Of a stretch of 64,000 nt of DNA, positions 36,479 through 45,410 are shown piece by piece. The translations under genes and the position numbers were made by a program. The stretch is taken from the NCBI GenBank assembly GCA_036156175.1, contig JAYZVA010000027.1:10490-74489 (forward strand), in the 5' to 3' direction. This DNA comes from Myxococcota bacterium. Lineage in GTDB: Bacteria > Myxococcota_A > UBA796. Positions within the stretch are counted from its first letter, which is position 1. Each line of letters begins with the position of its first letter. Under the pieces are notes generated by a model. It searched no databases, had not been told where the DNA came from, and saw only the letters and a program-made list of their open reading frames with translations.

Positions 36479-37411
36479 TCACCAGGGGCGTTCCCCGCCG
36501 TTCATGAACTCCAACCACAGCCACTCCATGCAGCTTCGATAGAGCACCTCGCTTCGTTCTCGGAGGGTGTCTTCGATGGACAGCCGCCGCTCGCGGCGGC
36601 GAAGCCGCAGCCATTCAAGCCGCAACCGTCGCACAATGACGTCCGACGGCGGGCGGCGAATCAACGGAATCGCGGCGGCGAAATGGAGCCCGTCTTCGGT
36701 GGCGACCAGGCGCCCAATCACGGTGGACACGGGCGGCACGTTGCGCACCGGACCCGTGTGCTGAAACGCGCGACCCAACGGAAGGAGTGGCGTGGCCCGG
36801 TCGCCGTCGATGGCCCACAGACACGGAGCCGTTCGGGCCATGACCCGCAGGCTCTGCCGAACCGCGGTTTCCGGACGGGGCCGCCGCTTGATGGCCCGAG
36901 CCCACGGCGGGACTCCAGGGTCGAGCTCGGGGACAAACGCCATCACCGCGCCCACTTGAACCCGCAGCCACTGCGGGATCGGTTCATCGGCCCATGGGCC
37001 GAGGATTCGGTCCGGCCCCACAAGACCCACTTCCGGCAGCTGATTCTCTGCGATGTCGGCCAAGCGGTCGTCGTCCATGCACATCATGGCGCGCCCCGGT
37101 GGCCGGCGATCGTGCACCATCTCTCCACCCAACAACAAGGGCTCGATGAATGCGTCAATCGCGGAGTGGGGCGCATCTCCATCAAGAATGGCGCGATGGA
37201 CCCGCTCAAATTCCAGGTCGATGACCGCGTATTCGTCGGCCTCCAGCGCCGGGGCGATGCCCATTCGATGGGAGTGCGCAACGTAGTCGCTGTAGGCCCC
37301 CGGCCACAGCAAGGCTTCGTCGCCGCAGTAGGGGTCCCGCAGCGACAGCCATTCCGGGGAAGCCGTATCGGCACCCGGATCCCGTCCCACGATGCTCTGA
37401 ACCCGCTTCAT
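36479..37411 (-). CDS. Hypothetical protein (310 aa), with no domain I can recognise; translationally coupled to the WYL regulator
   Basis: Track ORF 36479..37675 trimmed to MKRVQSIVGRDPG (ATG 37411, 4-nt overlap with the upstream stop). Amino-acid composition looks normal, whereas the overlapping plus-strand 393-aa ORF is Arg/Pro/Gly junk. Confidence 0.68.
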   Translation of the reverse strand: MKRVQSIVGRDPGADTASPEWLSLRDPYCGDEALLWPGAYSDYVAHSHRMGIAPALEADEYAVIDLEFERVHRAILDGDAPHSAIDAFIEPLLLGGEMVHDRRPPGRAMMCMDDDRLADIAENQLPEVGLVGPDRILGPWADEPIPQWLRVQVGAVMAFVPELDPGVPPWARAIKRRPRPETAVRQSLRVMARTAPCLWAIDGDRATPLLPLGRAFQHTGPVRNVPPVSTVIGRLVATEDGLHFAAAIPLIRRPPSDVIVRRLRLEWLRLRRRERRLSIEDTLRERSEVLYRSCMEWLWLEFMNGGERPW

Positions 37412-38382
37412 GCCCGGGACGCCTCTGCATGGAGACGGCGAATTCGCTCCCGGAGGCGCTCGGGCTCGAGCACCCGCATGTTGGGACCAAAGCCGAGCAG
37501 CCAGGCCTCCAGCTCTGGACTGATTCCCACCCGCATGGTCAGCTCGATCGAGCCATCGCCTTGCGGTTCCACCCGCTGACTGCGGTGCCAGATGCGCTCC
37601 CGGACATAGGGTGCGATTTGCCGGGTGAAGGCGAGGCGAATGTCCGTGATTTGACCGCCGATGATCCCGAAGCAATCGGCCACCAATGACTGCGGATCGT
37701 AGTCTTCCGGATACGCAAATGTCTCGCCCCTCGCACGCGAGAAGGCTCGAAATCGGTCAACGGCATAGGTCTTGACCCGCCCCTCATCGGCATCCAGCGC
37801 AAAGAGGTACAAGCCCTGCCTCCAGTGCGCGAGTGTGTACGGGTGAAGTCGGTACGTCCGCACCGGGCCGCCCACGCGGGCATAGAGCGCTTCCACCGGA
37901 TTCTGACGAAGGAGCGCCGTCAAGATGTCGTCCAGAATGTCGGCATCTTGGGTGTGATCTTTGGCGTGTTCGGGCACGGCCATGAACTTTCGGTCCATGT
38001 CGTCCACCAGTTCTGCGCCGCCGGCATCCGCTCCGCCCGACCAAGCACTGATCCGCTCCAAAGCATCGTCCATGTCCTCGGCAAAGCCCGTGCCTTCGAG
38101 GAAGTCAAACAGGGTGCGCCCAAAGTGCAGGCTCACCAGCTCGAGCAAGGACAACTGCACGCCTTTCCGACCGAAGCTTGGGCGCAGCGAGAGGGTTCGC
38201 TCCGATCCCCGGCCTTCGTCGATGACGGGAACCTGAATGCCCCGAAGATCCGCCAGGTAGCGACGAAGCGTTCGGTCGTCGAGATCGAACGCATCGATGG
38301 CTTCCTCGGCCGGTATGCCGCCCGGCTCGGCCATGCGTTGAAGCAAGCACACCAACTTCTGAGACTTGTTGAGTTCGGTCAC
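37408..38382 (-). CDS. WYL-domain transcriptional regulator (HTH / WYL / C-terminal extension, YafY/PafBC-like)
   Basis: GTG start overlaps the upstream stop (GTGA). N-terminal HTH LDDRTLRRYLADL. WYL region YRLHPYTLAHWRQGLYLFALDADEGRVKTYAVDRF. C-terminus RIWHRSQRVEPQGDGSIELTMRV. Confidence 0.85.
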   Translation of the reverse strand: MTELNKSQKLVCLLQRMAEPGGIPAEEAIDAFDLDDRTLRRYLADLRGIQVPVIDEGRGSERTLSLRPSFGRKGVQLSLLELVSLHFGRTLFDFLEGTGFAEDMDDALERISAWSGGADAGGAELVDDMDRKFMAVPEHAKDHTQDADILDDILTALLRQNPVEALYARVGGPVRTYRLHPYTLAHWRQGLYLFALDADEGRVKTYAVDRFRAFSRARGETFAYPEDYDPQSLVADCFGIIGGQITDIRLAFTRQIAPYVRERIWHRSQRVEPQGDGSIELTMRVGISPELEAWLLGFGPNMRVLEPERLRERIRRLHAEASRA

Positions 38383-39305
38383 AAGAGGACTCCATGGTTC
38401 AAGGGCTTCGCGGCAAGCCCGCGGATGAGATCGTCGGCCACCATCATGCCCATTCGACGTCGGGTGTCCAGGGTTGCGCTGCCGAGGTGGGGCAACAACA
38501 GCGCCTTCGGCGACGCCACCAACCCGGGATGGACCGCGGGTTCATCCTCGAAGACGTCGAGCCCCGCACCCGCAATCTCCCCGCTCTCGAGGGCGCGCAC
38601 CAAGGCCGCTTCATCGACGACCGCGCCCCGAGCGGTATTGATGAGCACCGCTGTGGACTTCATGCGCGCGAGCGCGGCGGCATCGATCAGGTGCCGGGTG
38701 GCGTCGGTGAGGGGGCAATGCAGGCTGACGGCATCGCTGCGGGTCAGCAGTTCTCCGAGGGGCACCCCGCTGCTCCGGTTGCTGTGGATCACGGTCATTC
38801 CAAAAGCGCGGGCTCGCTCAGCCACCGCAGTCCCGATGCGTCCCAAGCCAACGATCCCCAGCGTGGCCCCCCGAAGCTCCATTCCGCGGAGAAGCGTTGG
38901 GCTCCATCCCTTCCACCGGCCGCTGCGAACCAACGCGTCTCCCTCGGGGATCCTCCGGGCTGCCCCCAGCAGCAGGGCCATGGCGAGGTCGGCGGTGGCA
39001 TCGGTGAGCACGCCGGGCGTGTGGGCCACCGGGATGCCCCGCGCGCGCGCCGCGGCCAAGTCGATGTTGTTCACCCCGACGGCGTGCTGCGCGATCGCCT
39101 TCAACGGGCCCGCATCCATCACGGCGGAATCCACCCGATCCGTCAGCATCGAGATCAGCCCCTGGCACCCGCGGACCCGCTCGATCAGCCGCGTTGGACC
39201 CATGGGTTCCGGCTCGGTCCACACATCAACGGCGAGGCCGCTCGACCGCAGCCGTTCCTCCGCTGCCGCATCAATGGGCTGGGTGATCAGTACTTTTGGG
39301 CGCAT
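38379..39305 (-). CDS. D-isomer-specific 2-hydroxyacid dehydrogenase (glyoxylate/hydroxypyruvate reductase-like)
   Basis: MRPKVLITQPI. NAD motif GIVGLGRIGTAVA. Also HCPLT, INTARG and PHLGSAT. The track start at 39314 is a GTG three codons upstream and remains an alternative. Confidence 0.9.
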   Translation of the reverse strand: MRPKVLITQPIDAAAEERLRSSGLAVDVWTEPEPMGPTRLIERVRGCQGLISMLTDRVDSAVMDAGPLKAIAQHAVGVNNIDLAAARARGIPVAHTPGVLTDATADLAMALLLGAARRIPEGDALVRSGRWKGWSPTLLRGMELRGATLGIVGLGRIGTAVAERARAFGMTVIHSNRSSGVPLGELLTRSDAVSLHCPLTDATRHLIDAAALARMKSTAVLINTARGAVVDEAALVRALESGEIAGAGLDVFEDEPAVHPGLVASPKALLLPHLGSATLDTRRRMGMMVADDLIRGLAAKPLNHGVLL

Positions 39306-39374
39306 TTTTCTCACTTTGCATGAATAAAATCAAAAAAAAGACGTATTTCGGACATAAACTGTCCGCAAGTAGGG

Positions 39375-39404
39375 TTGTAAAACTGAACGAGCGTACAGTA
39401 TATT
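39375..39404 (+). promoter_or_regulatory. Candidate sigma70-type promoter for the small ORF and leuS
   Basis: TTGTAA (39375-39380), an 18-nt spacer, then TATATT (39399-39404), all within a locally AT-rich island. Confidence 0.35.
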
Positions 39405-39421
39405 CTGTACAGATGTTCAGG
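39383..39421. promoter_or_regulatory. 38-bp composite palindrome: two mirror-image LexA-box-like 17-mers flanking the -10 element
   Basis: Reads CTGAAC-GAGC-GTACAG-TATATT-CTGTAC-AGAT-GTTCAG. Both the outer and the inner 6-bp arms are perfect inverted repeats. Confidence 0.4.
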
Positions 39422-39428
39422 AGTTCTC

Positions 39429-39623
39429 ATGCTGTTTCCGATCGACCCCGCGACCGCCGACCTCGTTTTCACCTTTGCCGTGTCCGCAGTGCTGCTCGGC
39501 GCTTCGGCGTTGTCGATTTGGATGATGCCGTGGACCGATGCGGAGATCGCAGCCACGGAGTCGGCCGCGGATCGGCTGCTGGCCGCGTCGTGGAACCCCG
39601 CTCGCGTCCGCACCACCCGTTAG
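39429..39623 (+). CDS. Possible small single-TM protein (64 aa) upstream of leuS
   Basis: AGGAG lies 5 nt before the ATG. Hydrophobic helix LVFTFAVSAVLLGASALSIWMM. No recognisable family. Confidence 0.45.
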   Translation: MLFPIDPATADLVFTFAVSAVLLGASALSIWMMPWTDAEIAATESAADRLLAASWNPARVRTTR

Positions 39624-39676
39624 GCGAGACACCTTCCCCGCTGGCCGGTTAACTGAGCGTCCCTGAGAGGCGCTCC

Positions 39677-42202
39677 ATGACGGACATCCACCGATACGAC
39701 CCGGCGACCATCGAACCCAAGTGGCAAGACCACTGGGCCAATCACAACACCTTCGATGCCGTTCACGACCCATCGAAACCGAAGTACTACGTGCTGTCGA
39801 TGTTTCCCTACCCGTCCGGAGCGGGCCTGCACGTGGGACACCCGTTGAGCTACACGGCCGTCGACATCATCGCTCGGTACAAGCGGATGACGGGGCATTC
39901 GGTCCTCAATCCAATGGGATGGGACGCGTTTGGGCTTCCCGCCGAGCGAGCGGCGATGCGCGACAACCGTCACCCCGCCGAAATCACCGCAGAACGGATC
40001 GCGTACTTCAAGCAACAGTTGATGCGTCTGGGCTTTTCGTTTTCATGGGATCGAGAGGTCTCCACAACCGACCCCGACTACTACAAATGGACCCAGTGGA
40101 TCTTCCTGAAGCTCCACGAGCGCGGCCTCGCCTACCTCGAAGAAGTGCCCGTCAACTGGTGCCCCGCTCAGGGGACCGTGTTGGCCAACGAAGAGGTGCA
40201 AGACGGCAAGTACGTCGAGACCGGCGATCCGGTCGAACGGCGCCTCATGCGCCAGTGGATGCTCAAGATCACCGCGTACGCCGAGCGATTGCTCGCCGAC
40301 CTGGACGGCCTGGACTGGCCCGAAGGCGTCTTGGAGATGCAGCGAAAGTGGATCGGAAAGTCCGTTGGCGCCGAGGTGAATTTTGCCATCGCCGATGGTG
40401 ACGACTCCTTCACCGTCTTCACAACGCGTCCGGACACCCTCTTCGGAGCCACGTACTGCGTACTGGCGCCCGAACATCCGCTCGTGGCGACCGTCACGAC
40501 CGCGGAGCAACGGGCGGCCGTTGATGCCTACGTGTCCCAGGCCAAAAATCGCTCCGACATGGATCGGCAGCTGGCCGCAGAGAAAGAAAAAACCGGCGTG
40601 TTCACTGGTGCATACGCCATCAATCCCGTCAACGGCGAGCGGGTGCCGGTGTGGACTGCGGACTACGTTTTGATGACGTACGGCACCGGAGCGATCATGG
40701 CCGTTCCGGCCCACGATGAACGGGACCATGCCTTTGCCACCGCCTTCGATCTCCCCATCGTCGAGGTGATCAAGAGCCCCGAAGGCCACGACGTCACGGC
40801 CGCCGCCTACACCGGCGATGGCCCAGCCATCAACTCCGGTGACTACAACGGATTGGGCATCGAGGCCTTCAAGGAACGGATCATTGATTGGCTCGAGGAA
40901 CACCAACTCGGGAATCGCAAGGTCAACTACAAACTCCGCGACTGGCTGTTCAGCCGGCAGCGGTACTGGGGCGAACCCTTTCCGATCGTTCACACCGCCG
41001 ATGGGGGCGTGCACGCCATCGATCCGTCCGAACTCCCGCTGACCTTGCCCCACATCGATGCCTACAAGCCGACCGCCGATGGCCGTCCCCCCTTGGCCCG
41101 AGCCGACGAATGGCTGAACACCGAACACGATGGTCAGCCGGCCGTTCGAGAGACGAACACGATGCCCCAGTGGGCCGGAAGCTGCTGGTACTACCTCCGG
41201 TACATGGATCCCACCAACGCCGAAGCCCCCTTCAGCCCCGAAGCCGAGCGATACTGGGGTCCGGTCGACATGTACATTGGTGGCGTGGAGCACGCAGTGC
41301 TCCACCTGCTGTACGCCCGGTTCTGGCACAAAGTGCTCTACGACTGCGGGTTGGTGCACACCAAGGAGCCCTTCAAGGCGCTGTTCAACCAAGGAATGAT
41401 CCTCGCCTACAGCTACCAAGACGCTCGAGGAAAGTACTACCTCCCCACCGAGGTCGAACAGCGGGGCGACGACTGGTTCGTGACGGGAACCGACACCCCG
41501 GTGACCACCCAAATCGAGAAGATGAGCAAGTCCAAGAAGAACGTGGAGGACCCCCTCGACATCGTGGCCCGATACGGCGCAGATGCGCTTCGAACCTACG
41601 AAATGTTCATGGGACCTCTCGACCAGGTGAAACCCTGGCAAACCTCCGGTTGCGAAGGGGTGTACCGGTTCTTGGGGCGTGTCTGGCGGCTGTTCATCGA
41701 TCAAAACACCGGCGCCTTGCACCCGTTCGGGGCGCAGCGAAAGGAGGTGACGAAAGCCCTCCACATCGCCATCAAAGAAGCCACCGATGGCATCGAAGCG
41801 CTCAAATTCAACACGCCCGTCTCGCGCATGATGGAATTTGTGAATGCAGCGGGTGGCCGCTTGCCCACCAAAGAAGAGGCCACCGACTTCGTGAAAATCT
41901 TGAGCCCCTATGCGCCGCATCTTGCGGAAGAGCTGTGGAGCCGGATGGGGTGCACCGAGTCCCTCGCGGTGGCCTCTTGGCCATCCTACGACGAAGCCGC
42001 ACTCCAAGACGACACGGTCGAACTGGCCATTCAAGTCATGGGCAAGTTGCGCGGAACCATCGAAGTCGATGCCAGCGCCACCAAAGACGAAGTGCTTCAA
42101 AAAGCGCGGCAGCAGCCCAACGTTGCCCGCCACCTGGAAGGAAAAACCGTCATCAAGGAGATTGTCGTTCCGGGGCGGTTGGTCAACTTTGTTGCAAAAT
42201 AG
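39677..42202 (+). CDS. leuS: Leucyl-tRNA synthetase
   Basis: 841 aa. [13 protein letters not shown] (HIGH motif), KMSKSKKN (KMSKS motif), and a CP1 editing region. Confidence 0.97.
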   Translation: MTDIHRYDPATIEPKWQDHWANHNTFDAVHDPSKPKYYVLSMFPYPSGAGLHVGHPLSYTAVDIIARYKRMTGHSVLNPMGWDAFGLPAERAAMRDNRHPAEITAERIAYFKQQLMRLGFSFSWDREVSTTDPDYYKWTQWIFLKLHERGLAYLEEVPVNWCPAQGTVLANEEVQDGKYVETGDPVERRLMRQWMLKITAYAERLLADLDGLDWPEGVLEMQRKWIGKSVGAEVNFAIADGDDSFTVFTTRPDTLFGATYCVLAPEHPLVATVTTAEQRAAVDAYVSQAKNRSDMDRQLAAEKEKTGVFTGAYAINPVNGERVPVWTADYVLMTYGTGAIMAVPAHDERDHAFATAFDLPIVEVIKSPEGHDVTAAAYTGDGPAINSGDYNGLGIEAFKERIIDWLEEHQLGNRKVNYKLRDWLFSRQRYWGEPFPIVHTADGGVHAIDPSELPLTLPHIDAYKPTADGRPPLARADEWLNTEHDGQPAVRETNTMPQWAGSCWYYLRYMDPTNAEAPFSPEAERYWGPVDMYIGGVEHAVLHLLYARFWHKVLYDCGLVHTKEPFKALFNQGMILAYSYQDARGKYYLPTEVEQRGDDWFVTGTDTPVTTQIEKMSKSKKNVEDPLDIVARYGADALRTYEMFMGPLDQVKPWQTSGCEGVYRFLGRVWRLFIDQNTGALHPFGAQRKEVTKALHIAIKEATDGIEALKFNTPVSRMMEFVNAAGGRLPTKEEATDFVKILSPYAPHLAEELWSRMGCTESLAVASWPSYDEAALQDDTVELAIQVMGKLRGTIEVDASATKDEVLQKARQQPNVARHLEGKTVIKEIVVPGRLVNFVAK

Positions 42203-42328
42203 GTAGTTTTTTCAGTTATTTAGAAAAACTTTTAATAGTTTCTTCTGCACCCTACCCTTGGCATGTCAAGTCTGGTATGCTGGAGTCCCAAGTTTCCCCT
42301 GGATCTCCCGCCTTCCCCGAGTTGAATC

Positions 42329-45247
42329 ATGCAGACTGCCGCCGCTGATCCGTTTCAGTCCCTCCTCGCCGTTGTCGACCGATACCGCAACGACGTCCAC
42401 AACCTTCGCGCGCCGGCAACCGAAGAGGCCGTGGCTTCCGCGCGGTCGAACCTGACCCAGCCGATTCCGCGCTCATTGATGCGGTTTCTCCACCGCTGGA
42501 ACGGGGCGGTGCTCTTCCGCGGTGTGTTGCAGATCCGGTCGGTCAACGAACTGGCGTCGGCGGCGGAGCACGTGCCCGATGTCATCGTCTTCGCCGATGG
42601 CCCACTGGAGACCGACCACTGGGCCTACGCGCCCGACGCGCACGGCGACGCCGTCTTTGGGCGATGGACGGGTGAGCTGTTCGAGCCACTGCACGAAGAC
42701 TTCCAGTCGTGGTTGGCGGCAACCATTCAGATTCTGGACAACAACATTCGCGATCCGGAAGCGCGCTTCCAGACCCGACTCGACGCCGATCCCAACTCGG
42801 GATTCTTGCTCCTGCAGTTGGCGGAGCGCCTGCTGACCAACGGCAAGACCGACGCCGCGATCGAGCGACTTCGCCAAGCAACTGCGGCTCATCCGGGCAT
42901 GATGGGCGCGTGGGAGCGGCTCGGAGTGGCCTTGTTGAACTCCGATCAAGGCCAGGCCCGATGGGCGCTCTTGAAAGCCTTTCGCGGCGCCCGCCTCCCG
43001 CAGAGCGTGCCCACGGTGTTTCAGCCGTCGGCCGCGTTGGTCACGACGCTCGCCGGCCTGTTTCCGAAGGGCGATGACGCCTGGGAACGGGAACTGATCC
43101 ACTTTTTGACCGAAGCCGTCACCGATGTCGTGTCCTACGAGGAGTTGAGCACGGTGGAGCTGGCCGGCGTCGCACTGGCTCAGGTTCACCTGGATCGCCA
43201 AGACCGAACCGAAGCGCACAGTGTCCTGGTCGACCTGCTCGAGCGCGCACGGGGATTTCAGCTGCGCGGCCCGATGCCCGAGGCCACGCTCATGCTCGCC
43301 AGGATCGAAGTCGACTTGGGGCACCACGACGATGCCGAACGGCGCCTTCGCGCCCTGCGGTACGATCCCCGCCCGACGTCCGACCGCGCACGCTTGTTGC
43401 TGGGCACAATCGCCGCCTCCCGGCAAGAGCCCTGGTGTGAAGCGATTCTCTTGGAGTGTCTGGCCCACATGACGCGGCCGGCCGATCGCAGCGAAGCCCT
43501 GCTGATGCTGGGCGAACGCCACCTGCTTCGCGAACACTACGACGAAGCGAAAACGGCGTTTTCCGAGGCGCAGACGCTCGCCAAGGCAGCGAACCTCGAC
43601 AGCCTCGAAGCCCAGGCCGTTCTCGGATTGGGCGACGTGTTGCGGCTCACTGGCGAATACGGGAGAGCGGCGGAGACCTACCAACAGGCCCGTGGACTGG
43701 CGGGCGACAACGCCGAGCTGCTGCAGCGCGTCTTGATCCGACGCGGCGACCTCTTTCGGTTGCAAGGCGATGCCGAGCGGGCCGTGCAAGACTACGAGCG
43801 GGCCGCCGACGAGTACGGCCGACTCGGTTTGCCGATTCGCGAAGCGTGGGCGCGGCTTCGCATGGCCCAGACCGGCACCCCCGGCGCCGCCGAGGACGCC
43901 CACGCCCTGTTCAAGTCCGTCGACCATGCCGCTGGCGTTGCGGCATCCGATGCGATTGCCGGCCACCCCGCGCGTTCACTGGACTGGCACCTCAACCGCT
44001 CGGCGGATCACTCAAGGGACCGGTGGAATGCCCAACGGGCCCGCCCACCCCTGACTCGAGCGGATGCCGAGCGGCCCGAGCGGCGCATCGGTGCCCACCG
44101 GATGGCCATCGCGGCATGCACCACGGAGGTGGTCGCGGTCTTGCGGTCGGAAATCGATGCGTTGTCGAAAACGATCGATCTCAACAGCCCCCGGAGCACC
44201 GATCCGAACCTCGCACGCTTCGTGGCCGCGACGGACTTGCTGAGCGCCCACCGCTCGTATGAAGCGGCCGAAGCGCTGTTGAACCACCTGCTGGTCGTGA
44301 AGCCCGGCGGCATCGCGAAGCGCGCCTTGGTGGGCGCGATGGCCCGGTCGCCAAATGCCGCACTTGTGGACGGCTTGCTCGACGCATTGGAAGGATCGTC
44401 TGACCCACAAGCGCTGGGCAACGCCATCGAAGTGCTGGGCCTGCGGCGGGAGCCGCTGGCCATTGAACCGCTCAAGGCCATGGTCGGACCCGGCAACAAC
44501 CCCACCAGTCGGAAAGCCGCCATCGTATCGCTGGGTCGGATCGGCGACATCTCATCCATCGATTGCCTGCTTCCCTCTCTGGAGGAGCCCGAGTTGGCCG
44601 AAGAGACGTCGGTCGCGCTGCTGCTGCTCGGCGAGTGGCAAGGGGTCGACTACCAGGCTCAATCGCTGGCGTCCCACCGCCCCGGCATGAACCGCTCGCT
44701 GGGCGAAATCGTCGGACGTTACGGCGGTCCCAACTACCTGCTGCTGTTGTTCCGCAGCGCGGAACTCGAGGGTCCGGCCGGACTCGGCGCCCTCCAAGGT
44801 CTGGGGTACCTGGGCGATCCCCGGGCCATTCCGAGGCTCATCGAAGCCACCGCCAGCCGGGACCCCGCGCGGGTTCGGGTCGCTTCTGGCGCCCTCGAGT
44901 TGATCACGGGCCACCACGAAGACCCCGAAGAGAGCTTGCTCCGCAACCGGTGGACCAACTGGTGGGCAGAGCACGAGAGCCACTTCGAAGACGGGTTCCG
45001 GTACCGGCACGGACGGCTGATGGATCCGGGGCTCCTCATCGACCGGTTGTCGCACGACGATCCCATGGTGCGGCGGTCGACCTATGACGAGCTTGTGATC
45101 GCGACGGGCCAGCGCCTGCCCTTCGACGCCGAAGGCCCCTACCGCGTCCAGACCATGCACATCGCCAACTGGCGGCAGTGGTGGATGAACAACAACGAGG
45201 CGTTCCCCGCGGGTCGGTGGACCTTCCACGGGGAACAAATCGGCTGA
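42329..45247 (+). CDS. SUKH (SMI1/KNR4) / TPR / HEAT-repeat protein (972 aa)
   Basis: N-terminus ATEEAVASARSNLTQPIPRSLMRFLHRWNGAVLF is SUKH-like. The centre carries TPR-like repeats. The C-terminus carries PBS-lyase/HEAT-like repeats (AIEPLKAMV...KAAIVSLGRIGD, AIPRLIEATASRDPARVRVASGALELI). Confidence 0.78.
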   Translation: MQTAAADPFQSLLAVVDRYRNDVHNLRAPATEEAVASARSNLTQPIPRSLMRFLHRWNGAVLFRGVLQIRSVNELASAAEHVPDVIVFADGPLETDHWAYAPDAHGDAVFGRWTGELFEPLHEDFQSWLAATIQILDNNIRDPEARFQTRLDADPNSGFLLLQLAERLLTNGKTDAAIERLRQATAAHPGMMGAWERLGVALLNSDQGQARWALLKAFRGARLPQSVPTVFQPSAALVTTLAGLFPKGDDAWERELIHFLTEAVTDVVSYEELSTVELAGVALAQVHLDRQDRTEAHSVLVDLLERARGFQLRGPMPEATLMLARIEVDLGHHDDAERRLRALRYDPRPTSDRARLLLGTIAASRQEPWCEAILLECLAHMTRPADRSEALLMLGERHLLREHYDEAKTAFSEAQTLAKAANLDSLEAQAVLGLGDVLRLTGEYGRAAETYQQARGLAGDNAELLQRVLIRRGDLFRLQGDAERAVQDYERAADEYGRLGLPIREAWARLRMAQTGTPGAAEDAHALFKSVDHAAGVAASDAIAGHPARSLDWHLNRSADHSRDRWNAQRARPPLTRADAERPERRIGAHRMAIAACTTEVVAVLRSEIDALSKTIDLNSPRSTDPNLARFVAATDLLSAHRSYEAAEALLNHLLVVKPGGIAKRALVGAMARSPNAALVDGLLDALEGSSDPQALGNAIEVLGLRREPLAIEPLKAMVGPGNNPTSRKAAIVSLGRIGDISSIDCLLPSLEEPELAEETSVALLLLGEWQGVDYQAQSLASHRPGMNRSLGEIVGRYGGPNYLLLLFRSAELEGPAGLGALQGLGYLGDPRAIPRLIEATASRDPARVRVASGALELITGHHEDPEESLLRNRWTNWWAEHESHFEDGFRYRHGRLMDPGLLIDRLSHDDPMVRRSTYDELVIATGQRLPFDAEGPYRVQTMHIANWRQWWMNNNEAFPAGRWTFHGEQIG

Positions 45248-45410
45248 AGCCACAGCGGTGCCCAGCCGCGCAGACCGGGACTCAGCGGGGCGTCAGGATG
45301 GCCTTCGGTTCGGGTCGGCGTTGAACGTTCCGTCCCCGTCACGCGCGTGACCGCCCCACCGAATGGACCGGTGGCAGAACACGGACGTTCGGCAGCGATT
45401 CAGCGTGTCG

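Noticed and set aside
36398-37579. Plus-strand ORF of 393 aa
   Set aside because: It is Arg/Pro/Gly-rich and antisense to the coupled WYL / unknown-protein genes. The minus-strand reading has normal composition and coupled start/stop overlaps.
42246-42272. Sigma-54 promoter (TTGGCATG...) upstream of the SUKH-TPR-HEAT gene
   Set aside because: The GG-N10-GC spacing and the TTGC -12 element are not satisfied. Only the TGGCA part matches.
40043-43966. Minus-strand ORFs 40043..42133 (696 aa) and 42473..43966 (497 aa)
   Set aside because: They are antisense to leuS and to the SUKH-TPR-HEAT gene respectively, and are shadow ORFs.
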